Of a stretch of DNA of 64,000 bases, positions 24,774-36,600 are shown piece after piece. The stretch lies in contig NC_092674.1 in the NCBI RefSeq assembly GCF_964355755.1, positions 1,426,001-1,490,000 of the forward strand, in the 5' to 3' direction. This stretch comes from Antedon mediterranea (Eukaryota > Animalia > Echinodermata). Below the pieces are notes generated by a model. That model saw nothing but the letters and a program-made list of their open reading frames with translations. It was not told the origin of the DNA and did not search any database. The position numbers and the translations under genes were made by a program. The first letter of the stretch is position 1. Each line of letters starts with the position of its first letter.

Positions 24774-26600
24774 ATCGGTTACTATTATTTATTTATTTAA
24801 GATAAAGGCATTATGGAACCAGAGAGCAACTCCTGGGGCTGGTGTACAAAACCTCTGTATATTATATTGTTGGTTTGCATCAAAATTAAAAATGAATCTA
24901 TAACTTATCTCGTACTGAGACTTATTTAAAATTGTCAGGGAAATTGTGGTATATTTGGAACTTGCTTTTGATTTTACATCATCTTTTCATATAAAACAGT
25001 AATAGTTTTTACATTATATTAAGCAGCAGCAATCACAAGCGATAGTCGACTGGTTGAATTACTTGCGTTGCGTGCTAGTGAGAATCAGGTTTTAGCAGTC
25101 TTGTCCTATCAAATATAATTCATCAGTAGCCTAGAGGCTAAGCTAAGCTGGTTATAATTACAATTACAGTATGTGCTTGTTTTAAATATGGGCAAATCAA
25201 TCTTGGAGTAAAGCTCTGTCTACACTATCAAACTAGTTTGACAAAAAAAATGTGTTCTGCCCAAATATGGTAGTGATATGCTGAAATATATGTTAGTAAT
25301 ATGACATCTTCATAATTATTCATATATGGGCGCATTACGTTTTTTTTTGTCGTAAAGTTTAATAGCTTTAGACCTGTCTTGTATTTTGTTAAGTGAGTTA
25401 CTGGGAATATTTAATCATGGCGATATGATGGAACTCAACAAAATAGTAAAATAAAGATATATTGTTTATATACAAAGTTTTAAAATATAATGTATCCTTT
25501 TTATTGTGCATGTGGTATTATATTTATATAAAATATTGCTTTACATTTAACCAACGGCTTAACGATCCGATTGAAGGACGAGTGAGTATCTACACTGACC
25601 CCGGATTCTGTCCGTTTACGGCTCTTTAAACATTTGTTCACGATATTTTATCCGGAATCTTGACTCCATGTGAACACATGGTAAGCCGCTTATGTCACGT
25701 CATGTTTATCTTTTGTATGGTATATTCTGTGGTAGGCCTACTGTTTTTATTTCTTCATCCAATGACAGAGCAATTACCAATGTGATTATTACAACATGTT
25801 TTCAATCATTGCTATCATTGACTGACGATAAAGGTTTACATCTTTGGTATTCGAAGGAACAAAAATAAGTACAAATGCGATTATGACGTAATTATTGTCC
25901 AGAATCGATCGGTATTGATTTATCAAACCGTCCCTGAAATGTAATTCATGTTTTAAATTTCAATCTATAATTGGACTACTGTACGTGATTGAATTTAGAT
26001 TACTAAAGACTTGTATTGAAGCTATTTCATGGCGATTGGAAACAGTTCCGTTAATTGGTACTCTTAATAAAGGGTTTTATCATTACTTATTGTATTCATC
26101 CATACTTGACGATAATTTGATTAAAGCCTATTGGACGAATTGTCTCATTAAAACACACATCCCGGCTTGTTTTCTACAGTGCGTGTCTGGCCGTCAAGAC
26201 AACAGTTGATAACTTTGCGGAATGTTTATATAGACGGCAATATAATTCATAGAACTCAATGATAATGTTTGTATATCAATAATAAGAATATCAACTGAAG
26301 TAGTGCGTTTATAACGCAGTCTGTGTTTGACTACAGAGTCTATAAAAGTTGAGTTTTCATTCAAGATTACAGGTAAGAAAATTAATTATCTTTCTTGCTT
26401 TAATTTTCATTTTTTCATTTCATTTCTTTGTTCTAATTCAAAATAACATTAAAAAACAGTACAGGAATGAATTCAGGTTAGCAAAAAAAGTAACCAATAG
26501 TCAAACTTATCAGGTATTACAGTAAGAATATGCATTGTGAATAATAATATCATTTTTCTAAATTGTTTTCCGTTTTAAATCGCAGGTAAAATATGTAGCA

Positions 26601-27338
26601 ATGGGCACACGAAATAACCTGAAAATACCACCCTGGTACCAACAATATATTGAAGTCCGACGACATGAAATAGAGTGTTTCCGGGCAGCGAAGACGCTTC
26701 GAGATCGGTTGATATCCAATGAGCAGCGGTTCCTTGATTATGCTTCGAACCGATACATGCAGCGCCGTATGGCAGGGCGATCGGTAGTTCAACCACAAGC
26801 TGAAACGTTACGAACAAACTTAAAGCAATTGACGTTGAAGGGAACAGATAAGTTAAGAACAAGACGAGGCAGGTTGGTACAATCATATCCAATACAATCA
26901 AGGAATAAGAAGTTTACTGACAACGGTTTAAAGTATCCATCATTTTTATTTGAAGACACTATGTTGAAAAAAGATCGTTTGAAGGAACTTCCTCCTCTTG
27001 AACCACCAGCTGCACGTCCCCATGAGGAGGACTGTGCACCACCGCCACCACCACGTACGTTCTCGCAAACAGTAGTACAATCACCAACACGCGCGCGCTC
27101 GTCAGCCGTCGTACCCGATTTGGTGGTGAACGTTCCAGCACATTCGTGCGCGCAAATAGATCTAGACATTACTGTGCACGTTGCGGATCAAAACCCTTCC
27201 AATACGGATTCCTTCACCAATGTTGAAATGAATAAGAATTACGAAAAGCGAAGCAAACGAAAAGAAAAACTGAAGAAAACTCTAAAGAAAAAACACAGAG
27301 AGACAAATCTTGACAATATAACGAAAATCATGAAATAA
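26601..27338 (+). CDS. Uncharacterised basic protein A (245 aa), single coding exon
   Basis: Long ORF with raised GC; splice acceptor (AG 26584-26585) 15 nt before ATG, upstream donor AG|GTAAG near 26372; N-terminus aligns without gaps to the neighbouring ORF at 28512. Confidence 0.75.
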   Translation: MGTRNNLKIPPWYQQYIEVRRHEIECFRAAKTLRDRLISNEQRFLDYASNRYMQRRMAGRSVVQPQAETLRTNLKQLTLKGTDKLRTRRGRLVQSYPIQSRNKKFTDNGLKYPSFLFEDTMLKKDRLKELPPLEPPAARPHEEDCAPPPPPRTFSQTVVQSPTRARSSAVVPDLVVNVPAHSCAQIDLDITVHVADQNPSNTDSFTNVEMNKNYEKRSKRKEKLKKTLKKKHRETNLDNITKIMK

Positions 27339-28511
27339 AGTCATCATTATTAGAAATTGAAATGTAGATTAATTTGGTCACTGGTAGGCCTATTACTATC
27401 ACGAAATGTGACTTGATAAACATACAAATCAGGGGAAGATTCGCCTATTATTACCTATTGGACATTTAAGATGGAAAAGAGAGAACCGGTTGCATTCTCT
27501 TACTAGATGAACACCCAACACAATCTTTCAAGAGAAAGTTCAAGTCTATGGATACATTTTCAGTATTGTTTCTAAGCACTTTTGGAATGTTCAATGCGAA
27601 AGATATATATAAAGAAGATAAGTTAAAAAGCTGTTTAGGGTCATATTTGATGTACGGTATCAATGTAGTCTGTTTACACCAACACTTGACTTCAGAGTAG
27701 TGGTGAACGCATAGGTACAAAGTAGACGCATTATATTGCAGACTTTGATACAACGAGCTGCACAGGATGTTGTACAGGCCTAATATGGTATACAGGATAT
27801 GTTGATGTATTAATGTTCTGCACGACGATATAATATCTAAAGTAAGTTTGTTCTTCACATTTTGTTTAAACATTAACTTAAAACTTAGAGGCAATTGAAA
27901 ATTGCTCTGGAAGTTTATGGTACTTTCTTAGACTGTGAAGTCTGCAATTCCCCACTAAATTAATTTGCTTTTTTTTTTGCCAATCGCAACTTACTTAGTC
28001 AATTAAATGTATGTGCAAGTTTTTACACCCCAGTTGAGTGATGGTCACTGTTGGCCTAAGTGTCAATGAAGAATGTAACTAATTAGGGCCTAATTCTAAT
28101 TAGTAATTGAGCACGAATCACTCAATACTATGTTATTTTGTATTGCATGCTATAGGCCTACTGAACTAATGTTATCAGTAGTGATAATGCAATGCACAGA
28201 TATCATTAACTATTATCTCATATACTCATATTAATATTTACTCATAATATACTCTTAACAATCTATATACCTGTGTTACTACTATGTAATAAGATAAGAA
28301 AGGTCAAATAGGTCAACCATTGATTGACTGGCAGAGGGTTTATAGGCCTATACCCCAATCAGATGAGCTTTTATTCAAAACTATTATAATAATTATCAAT
28401 TTCATTAGAAAGGTCAAATAGGTCAACCATTGAACAGGGTTGATACCAATCATATTTTATTTAAAATATTGTATTTTAATAATTATTTCAATTTTATTAT
28501 TCCAGACATCC

Positions 28512-29144
28512 ATGTCCGCATACACTCCGTCCGACTTACCAATCTGGTACAATCAGTACTTCGTTGCAAGAGTGAACCAACGGCGCTGTGAGAATGAAGT
28601 CAATACGTTGAGGAAGGAACTTATTCCAGCTTACCAACACACTATATCTAGAAGTTTAGAACAATATAAGGAAGAACTTCGAGCGGGAAGATTTACTGTC
28701 AACAGCGAAGATCAACGAATACAAGTTCACAAAGTTTCAAGTTTTGGTGCTTTTGCCAAATCACGTGATAGAACTGACGATTCTTCAATAAAGTTTGATA
28801 AACGTCATTTGACGTCATCTAAGATAACATTCCCGCCAATAGAAAAAACATTTACGTATGTCTCTACTAAAAAGTCAGACCGACACAAAAGTAGGTCTAA
28901 TTTTCAAGTCAAAGAGAGTAGAAGTAAAAGCGGGACCTCACATGTAACGATTGAGAGGCCGGTTGATCACAGGTTCGTTGGTTATACACCACCAGAACAT
29001 ATGTGGCCAAGAATGCAAAAACAAATATGGGAAGAAATGTGTAAACCGAAAGGCAACGTAAAGACAACCATACGGAAAAACAGTAACGATGATTTGAATG
29101 TAAATAAACTGACTTTAGATATAAAGAAAATCACACCAAAATAA
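28512..29144 (+). CDS. Uncharacterised basic protein B (210 aa), paralogue of protein A
   Basis: Acceptor TTCCAG (AG 28504-28505) 6 nt before ATG 28512 (the ORF-track start at 28440 is intronic); shares PxWYxQYxxxR-x5-C-x5-TLRxxLIxxxQ-x9-Y-x5-AGR with protein A. Confidence 0.75.
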   Translation: MSAYTPSDLPIWYNQYFVARVNQRRCENEVNTLRKELIPAYQHTISRSLEQYKEELRAGRFTVNSEDQRIQVHKVSSFGAFAKSRDRTDDSSIKFDKRHLTSSKITFPPIEKTFTYVSTKKSDRHKSRSNFQVKESRSKSGTSHVTIERPVDHRFVGYTPPEHMWPRMQKQIWEEMCKPKGNVKTTIRKNSNDDLNVNKLTLDIKKITPK

Positions 29145-30020
29145 AGCGCGAAAAACGAAGAGCTACTGTACTACATTTCCTCAAAGGACGCAACTCCGTT
29201 GGTGACAGTTCCGGGTGATACATCCCGCGCGCGTCGTGATTGGTCAAATTACTTGCTTTACACATGGACGTTGCGTCCTAGTGGGAACCAAGGTTAAAAT
29301 AATCGAGAAGTTGTATAAAAAAAAATATAAATAATAGATTACAACGATTGATTAAATATAATTAAAGTTTAATTTAAATACACTGTCGATTTTGTCTCAT
29401 TTCATGAACATCAACATAGAAAATAAATTACTGTTGTGATTTAAAATCATACATACATTTTGAATTACTGAGTATAAAACTTAGCACTCGAGCTTTTAGC
29501 TCCGAAAATAATATTTTTTATCAATCGGCGGGAGACTGAAATGTCGATTGCAAAATCGTCATAAGTATAATCGAAGAACGACTGAAACTAAACTATATAT
29601 TCAAGGTCCTTTTTTTTTGTCCTACGCTACCCATTATCTGTATTTGGCACATTATTTAAACAATTATTCATTCTATAAAATGTCTTTATAAACATTATAT
29701 AAATAGATAAGATATATTTAAAAATCACGAATTAATTTTGTTTTCAATAAAAATGCCCATAATTAAGAAAATTGCTATAGGCCTAATCTACATAAGCGTA
29801 CAGTACTGTACACAGAACTATTTTGGAAGTGCTGTACTAGATTCAGTCTAGCGCCCTCTATAATACTACAGAAAGGCAACTTTTACAAGATAGTAAAATT
29901 TAAACTCGAATACTAACTACCATATTAATAGCAACAATTCAATTTGTATTGCAAAAATTAAATAACTATCAAAGTGATTAAAAATTAATTTAAAATTAAC
30001 TTTGCTATGATTTTAGTAAC

Positions 30021-32792
30021 CTATTGATCTCTACCTGAGTTTAGTTGATTTTTACAATAACAGTATTTTGCAACTTTTGGGTACTTATTCACAATACATT
30101 TAGGTTGGTCACCATAGAGATTTATTCGACTAATTTCCTCAGTTATTTCATATCGGGTGATGTTCTTCTCGTCATGTGACATTTTTATTGTCGCTTCAAA
30201 TAAACCTGGCCCAGGAGCTGTTTCCACGGTAACTTGGTAGAGAAGCGACATTTCATGGACGTCAACATTGGCTTCTTTCAAAAATCCTGGTTCTCTTTGG
30301 TCAAAATCTACTGTCTTATCAAACTTTAGAATCTAAGATTTTGCCACACAAAAAAAAATGGTATTATTATTAGTATAGAGAAAAGTGAGATTAGAATAAT
30401 TAAACATTTCTGTTATAAAGAAGCAATTAGAAATGAATACATCAATAGAAACCAACGAAAGATTGCCACAAAATGAATTTTAGACTCAACAGCTGCATAG
30501 CCATTGTGGCGCATCATTTTTATTTAGTATTACTGAAGGTCCTAATGTTTACCTCCGAATTTGGAATCATTCTCTGAGCAAACTTTACACTTTTCAGAAC
30601 AATGTGAGCGCAGTGTTCAATGAAGGGCACCACCAAACGATTCAGCTCTTCTATGACAACCTCGGCTATTGTATTTATCTGATCAAAATAAAAAATAATA
30701 TATGTCATATTATTATTATTATTTATTATAATACTATTAATGAGTAAACATTTCATCACATAAAAACATCGGGGGACTTATAAAGGAGTGAGGTAAAATG
30801 CATCAGTCAGCGCATACTTTTTTAAAAATAATTCTGTGCCACGTTTATCTATAGACCCTATACTTTTATCCACACACTCTGGACTTTAAAGGAATTGTAT
30901 ATTATTACCTCAAGTTGATTTCCATCTGGAACCATTTCCCACTTGAGGCATGCACACCAGTGAGGTGCCACGCCCGCACCTGAACAGCTCCTTGTGAGTG
31001 GTATTTCATTAAATAGGTTCAACCCTCGCTGATTTTTATTTCCAACAGAATTATAATTAAGAACGCTCTTAAGTGTTTCGTGAATGTCAAACGGCGTAGT
31101 TAACCGATCTGAATTTAATCGGATATTTTTATAAATAGAAGGGTGTTTTTTGCGTATCCATTCTGGGATATAAATAGACATAAAAGGAAGTCGTTCTTCT
31201 AGCTTTCCTTGAAGCGTTGCTCTTATCTTCGTATATCGCGCTCCGTGATCACTGAAAATAGCGAGTAGCGTATTATTAAGTAAACCATCAGAATGTACTT
31301 TTTTTAGGAATGTGACCAACGCGTCGTCCATTAGGGACAATTTGTTAATATCAGCGTGTGTAAGACCAGTGTATAACATAAAACCAAAGTGTGGAACCTT
31401 TCTATAATCAAACATGAAGTCCTGTAGATAATCAAGTAAAACCTTATGGACCGGCTTTGGTCCGAGACATTGACCTTCAATGTTGACCTCTTGCCAAAAC
31501 GTTCTCATGTAATGGTCAGTCGGTCGATGATCAAATCCTTTTAATCTCCAATTGTACGTAGAAATTTCAGGTGTATCCTCCGCGAATAGGGTTGCATAAC
31601 CAGCTTTCTTGAAGTCCTTCCACACGAACGGATAAACATCAACGTAAGTGGAGTTAGCGAAACTCCGCCTAGTTTCTGGCAGCTCTTTTTCGTGCTTGCC
31701 TGTGAGCATTGGAGTGACCGCTCCATTAGTCGCATCTCCAACTATGTTGTAACCTTTAAGAACCACCGAACCAATTTTTTCAGTCAAGTAACGGTAAGTA
31801 TTTGGCATTTTACGAATGAAGTTTAATCTTGATGTTGAATCAACTCCAAACATGATGACGTTTAACCCGAGGGATGTTTCCGACACGTGTTTAGACTGAG
31901 CATGCTTCATGACCTTATCAATTGGATTGATATGAGCATGAATGTCAACATGCGTTCTTTGGATGTCCATTTCGTATTCCATCAATGATTGGTCATCGTT
32001 TTCATTTGCGGAAATGTCAGGATTGTCGCAACCAACGATAATAAAATCAGAATCGACTTTGTACGCAAGTTTGAGGTCTTTACCATCCTGTGCGCGTCCA
32101 ACTGGTACAATCACTGGATCTGTTATAAAAGATAAAATATCCGAGTCTCTTTCAATGGTTGACACCTGGCATACTTCATACTTTTCTTTAACCAAAGCAT
32201 CATACCGGACAAAAATACTATTATCTTTTATATAACTGTTCAAATGACCTTTGCACTCTAAAGGTGATGGTTCGTAAAATAAGTGCGAGATTTCAAGATC
32301 AAAAGGCTCCAAGTCTGGCATCTTACAAACTTGGTCATTAGTACTGTTAAAGGCTTCTTTAAAAATAACTTTGTTTTCTAAATTTGTTTTTATTTTTACA
32401 GGATTAATTGCTTTAGTTTCTTGTCTTGTGATTGAGAATTTACTCAATTTATTAGGAATAAATGTTTTATTTGTAACTTCCGAATAAAGGTCACTTGACT
32501 TATTTTTATCTGTCGGATTATCCACAATTTTATTTTTCTGCATACTTAGTAGTTTTTGCAGCCGCCTTTGCTTTTCGGCATTGATAAAACCAATAGATCT
32601 AGAATAGTTTGCTTTTCGTAAACGGCCTTTACTTATATGATGGACGGATATTGGCATTGCACCAGTCGTCTTTGTAGTTGATTGAAGGCTACGGAACGAA
32701 ACAACGAGAAGGATCAGGCTGAAAGTGATGATGGCGTAGAACAAGCAACGCACTCGGTTGTTCGTGATGTTGATCAGTTTTGTCCGTCCCAT
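30021..32792 (-). CDS. DUF229-family protein (alkaline phosphatase/sulfatase-like fold, type II membrane anchor); exons 32792-30909, 30678-30553, 30332-30021
   Basis: N-terminal TM (CLFYAIITFSLILLVVSF), NVIMFGVDSTSRLNFIRKMP, GYNIVGDAT, GYATLFAED, FSDHGAR, GKLEERLPF, RLTTPFDIHETL, RSCSGAGVAPHWCAC, C-terminal ISRINLYGDQPKC...YCYC; phase-0 GT-AG junctions. Confidence 0.9.
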
Positions 32793-33612
32793 GGTCAAAG
32801 TTTCTTGTCCTTATTTTCATACTTCCAAGCAAGGTCAGGTGACATTAATTATAATTGGCCGTATTTTTTTAAAAATTAGCCTAACTCTAAAAAAAAATTT
32901 GTTATTAATATTTCATTCAATATTTGTATTTATATCATAGTTATTATTTGCTCACTTACTTTGAAGCAGTTATGGTTAAACAAAATATGTCATCAAATAA
33001 AAAATAATTTGTTTGTAATACTGTAATTCAAATAAATGGGCCGAATCGTCCTGCTACCTCGGAGAGGGTCGCAAGCTAGCTACCAACCAAGACCAATCTT
33101 AGTCTCCTCTTCTTGCCTAGCTCTAGGCCAAGGCTAGCTAGGAAAGCTATTTTTGGCGTAAGTAAGGTGTTTCTAACATAATTATCAATATACTACCTTT
33201 ATATATATATATACTACCTTTATAATTAATTTAAACTACTTAGATATGCAGAATGACTCCATTATGCCTAGCCTCTTGGAAATTAAGGGTCGAGCGGAAA
33301 CTAATGTAAACATTAATTTGAAGGTGTGGAACGCAAAATGAGCATTTATTTTATATGGGAAGATAACTTTAAAAATGGCATGCATTAAACAATTGTTTAA
33401 CGTTTTAGCTTAATATGTAAAAAACCTTTATTAAAATAGTAATCATAAGGTTTCTATCACAAACAATCTGCTGCAAATTATTATTTTTTTATATGTAAGA
33501 TTTGGCAGGCGCTCCCGGCGTTCCATTTTTAATCAAAGTTAATCAAGACTGTAGAATTTATTTGAAAAACCACCCGCGAAGAAATAATTATGTCGTAATT
33601 TTAACTAATAAT

Positions 33613-36600
33613 ATGGGTGAATTCGAGAGAGAGGCCCAGCGTGCTGGGTAATAATATGTTTCTTAATATTATTAGTTTGTTATTAGATTAGTATATAATG
33701 TATTTGTACATTTCATTTGGATAACCGTACCCAAACACCTAGGCCTAGATAAATGTAGGCTGCCTCCAGGCACATTGCTTAGTTAGCCTACTAGCTGGTC
33801 GTTTTGTCCATTTTATAATTACCCTACTTTACTGTATCCAGGAACGTCTGAAAACTACTGTATTTTAAAAAGTTTACAATAAAGGGGAAAGAAATCTATC
33901 CTAGCCAAGGCATGCCTAATAATTTTAATAATAATCATCAATTATATTATAATAATAATTATTTTTATAATAAATGAGTTTTCACTTTAAATTTTTTTAT
34001 GTGCAGGTTGTTCAACGGATTCCCGCTATCATCATGTGAAGCTGAGCTGCAGGAATTAATGAGGCAAATAGACATAATGATGGCAGGTCGCAAGAAGGAA
34101 TGGGAGATGGAGATCCATGCTTTGGAAGCCAGACTAGACATCAAGAGCAAGGAGTTAAATACCTCAAGAAGTCACATAGAAATTAAACATAAAGAGGTGA
34201 CATCTATGGGGATTTAGGAAGAGATATAAAGGAGGGTGTGAAAAGAAAATTCCCCGGTCATTTTTGATCAAACACATATGGAAACATACTCCCATAATGC
34301 AGCTAGTAATCAGCGCAAAGTTGTTTCTTGACCTTTCCTTGTTCACATTTACCTTCTGTAAGCACACTTTTAGTTAATTAATTCAATTTAAATTTTAAAA
34401 TTCCTAGAATTTATGTCCAGAGAAACATTCCCCTTGTTCCTCCTAGTGTTGTAAAATAGCTAAGCGGTGTACATATTATTACCCCGGTCATTTTTGATCA
34501 AACACATATGGAAACATACTCCCATAATGCAGCTAGTAATCAGCGCAAAGTTGTTTCTTGACCTTTCCTTGTTCACATTTACCTTCTGTAAGCACACTTT
34601 TAGTTAATTAATTTCATTGATTCTTAATTGCTTTTAACAATCTTTCTCTCAGCTTGGCCAACTACGACATAATTTACAGTTAGCAGAAAGCTCACAACAG
34701 AATATTACAAAACAGTACGATGAGCAAGTATCACAGTTACGAAACCAGGTATATAAAATATTTTATCTTAAAAAAAACAAAATATATCAGTTCTATTGGA
34801 ATATTTTGACAACTCTACTGTGATATTTAAAAGCATTATTTCCTCTATATATAGTACTTAAAATCAATGTAGATTATTAATATTTTATGATGTTTAATTA
34901 CAGCTTGGTGTTCTGCAAAGAGACTATGAACGACTTCAGAAACATCACAGTAGACAAGCTGCTACGGCACAGAAGACAACAGACGACAAAGTAGAAGAAG
35001 CAAGCAGGTTGCAATCGGACTTAATCAATGCCGAATCAACTATTAAAGTATTCTAATTATCTTATTATTAATTTTATAGTTTTTGATTTTGTGTAGGCAT
35101 CTTTCTCTCCCTTACAACTCAAGTAAGTTAATCTAAACATTTAAGTTAAAATTGATACATGAAAAGGTTCCTTGAATATTTTTTTTTCTGGATTGCAGGA
35201 ACTTGAAGAAAAGTCAAAAGTTTGGGAAGGTCAAAGGAGAGTTTACAGACATCAGGTTGAAAGTCTTGAATCACAGAGGAAGACTCTTGCCGAGAAAAAT
35301 CAAGTTCTTCTGGTAAATTAAAGAAATAAGATGTTAAATTCAATGTGGGAATATTAATTTACTGTATTTAATTAACTGCTTACATTCATATTTAAAAATA
35401 ATAATTAAGATTTTGTTGTCATGTTTGCATGCTGGCTGGGACGTCCCATCGAAAGTGGTTGAGTTCGCTGTTAGAGTCCTCCAGGTCTAGCATGTGTGTT
35501 TTATTGTTTATTATTGTATAATCCGGAATACTTTGAATTGAATGTTATTAAAGAAACACATTGTTATTCTAAATTGAAAGCAACAAGCAGATGGCTATCG
35601 GTCACAACTGGACAAAACACGGAACATGAGTGAGCAGCAGGATTACAATAGAAAATCCAAACTTGCTTACTGTGAGACCGAATTAAAACGCACTCATGAC
35701 AAATTGAACGAAAGAAATAACAGGATATTGTCACTAGAGGGCAGCCTAAAAGACAGCATAGCCAAGAGGATGACAGTTTCTGATGAAAACTTGAGATTGA
35801 AATCAGAAATAAAGAATGCTAATTTGAATATCCAGGTAGTTTATTTAAATGTATCATTTACATATTATTAACCAACATATTTCACGTAAGACTAGGGTTG
35901 TATAAGCACCAGGTTACATTAATTATATATTTTTTTTCTATTTTATTTTTCTTGACAGCGACTTGAGGAAGACTTAAATCAACTACGAGTTGAACTTCAG
36001 TCTCGTGATGACCTGTTAAAGGCTAGCGAACATGAAGCACGCTACCAAAGTAGAGATGTAACACAATTACAAGAGAGTCTGGCATTGAAAGAGGACATTA
36101 TACAGTTAGTAATCAAATTACTTTTGAACTGCCAAATGATTTAAAATTTATGACTTTTTTTAAAGATTATCTTTGTATGAATGCTATTTGCTATTTTCTA
36201 CATTTATATTGATATTGATTTTAGGACGTTGAAGTCACAGAATAAAATCAACCAATCAGTGGAACAAGGTCATCATGCAAGTCAGATGGCAGATAAAGAA
36301 AGAGAAAATGAACAGTTACGACAAAATGAGAAAGGTCTACGAGATGAGGTGCTGCGACTTCAACGTAGGTTAGTGCAACATGGAAATAACGCAGTCGGTG
36401 TATCAATGTTGTTCTGAGGATTTTAACATTTCATACATTGTGTTTGTGTTTCAGTGTTGATGATGCAAGCAGAGAATGTGCTCATCTCAATCTGGAATTG
36501 GCAAATAAGATAGATGAGTTGAGTCATCTTGAAGGAGTCGAGCTGAAAGAGTTGAATGACAAATACAACAAGGTTAGTTAGTAATTCTTTTCGAAAAAAA

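Noticed and set aside
27466-27894. 142-aa minus-strand ORF between the two orphan genes
   Set aside because: Non-ATG start, no motif, no similarity to the orphan pair; cannot be supported as a gene.
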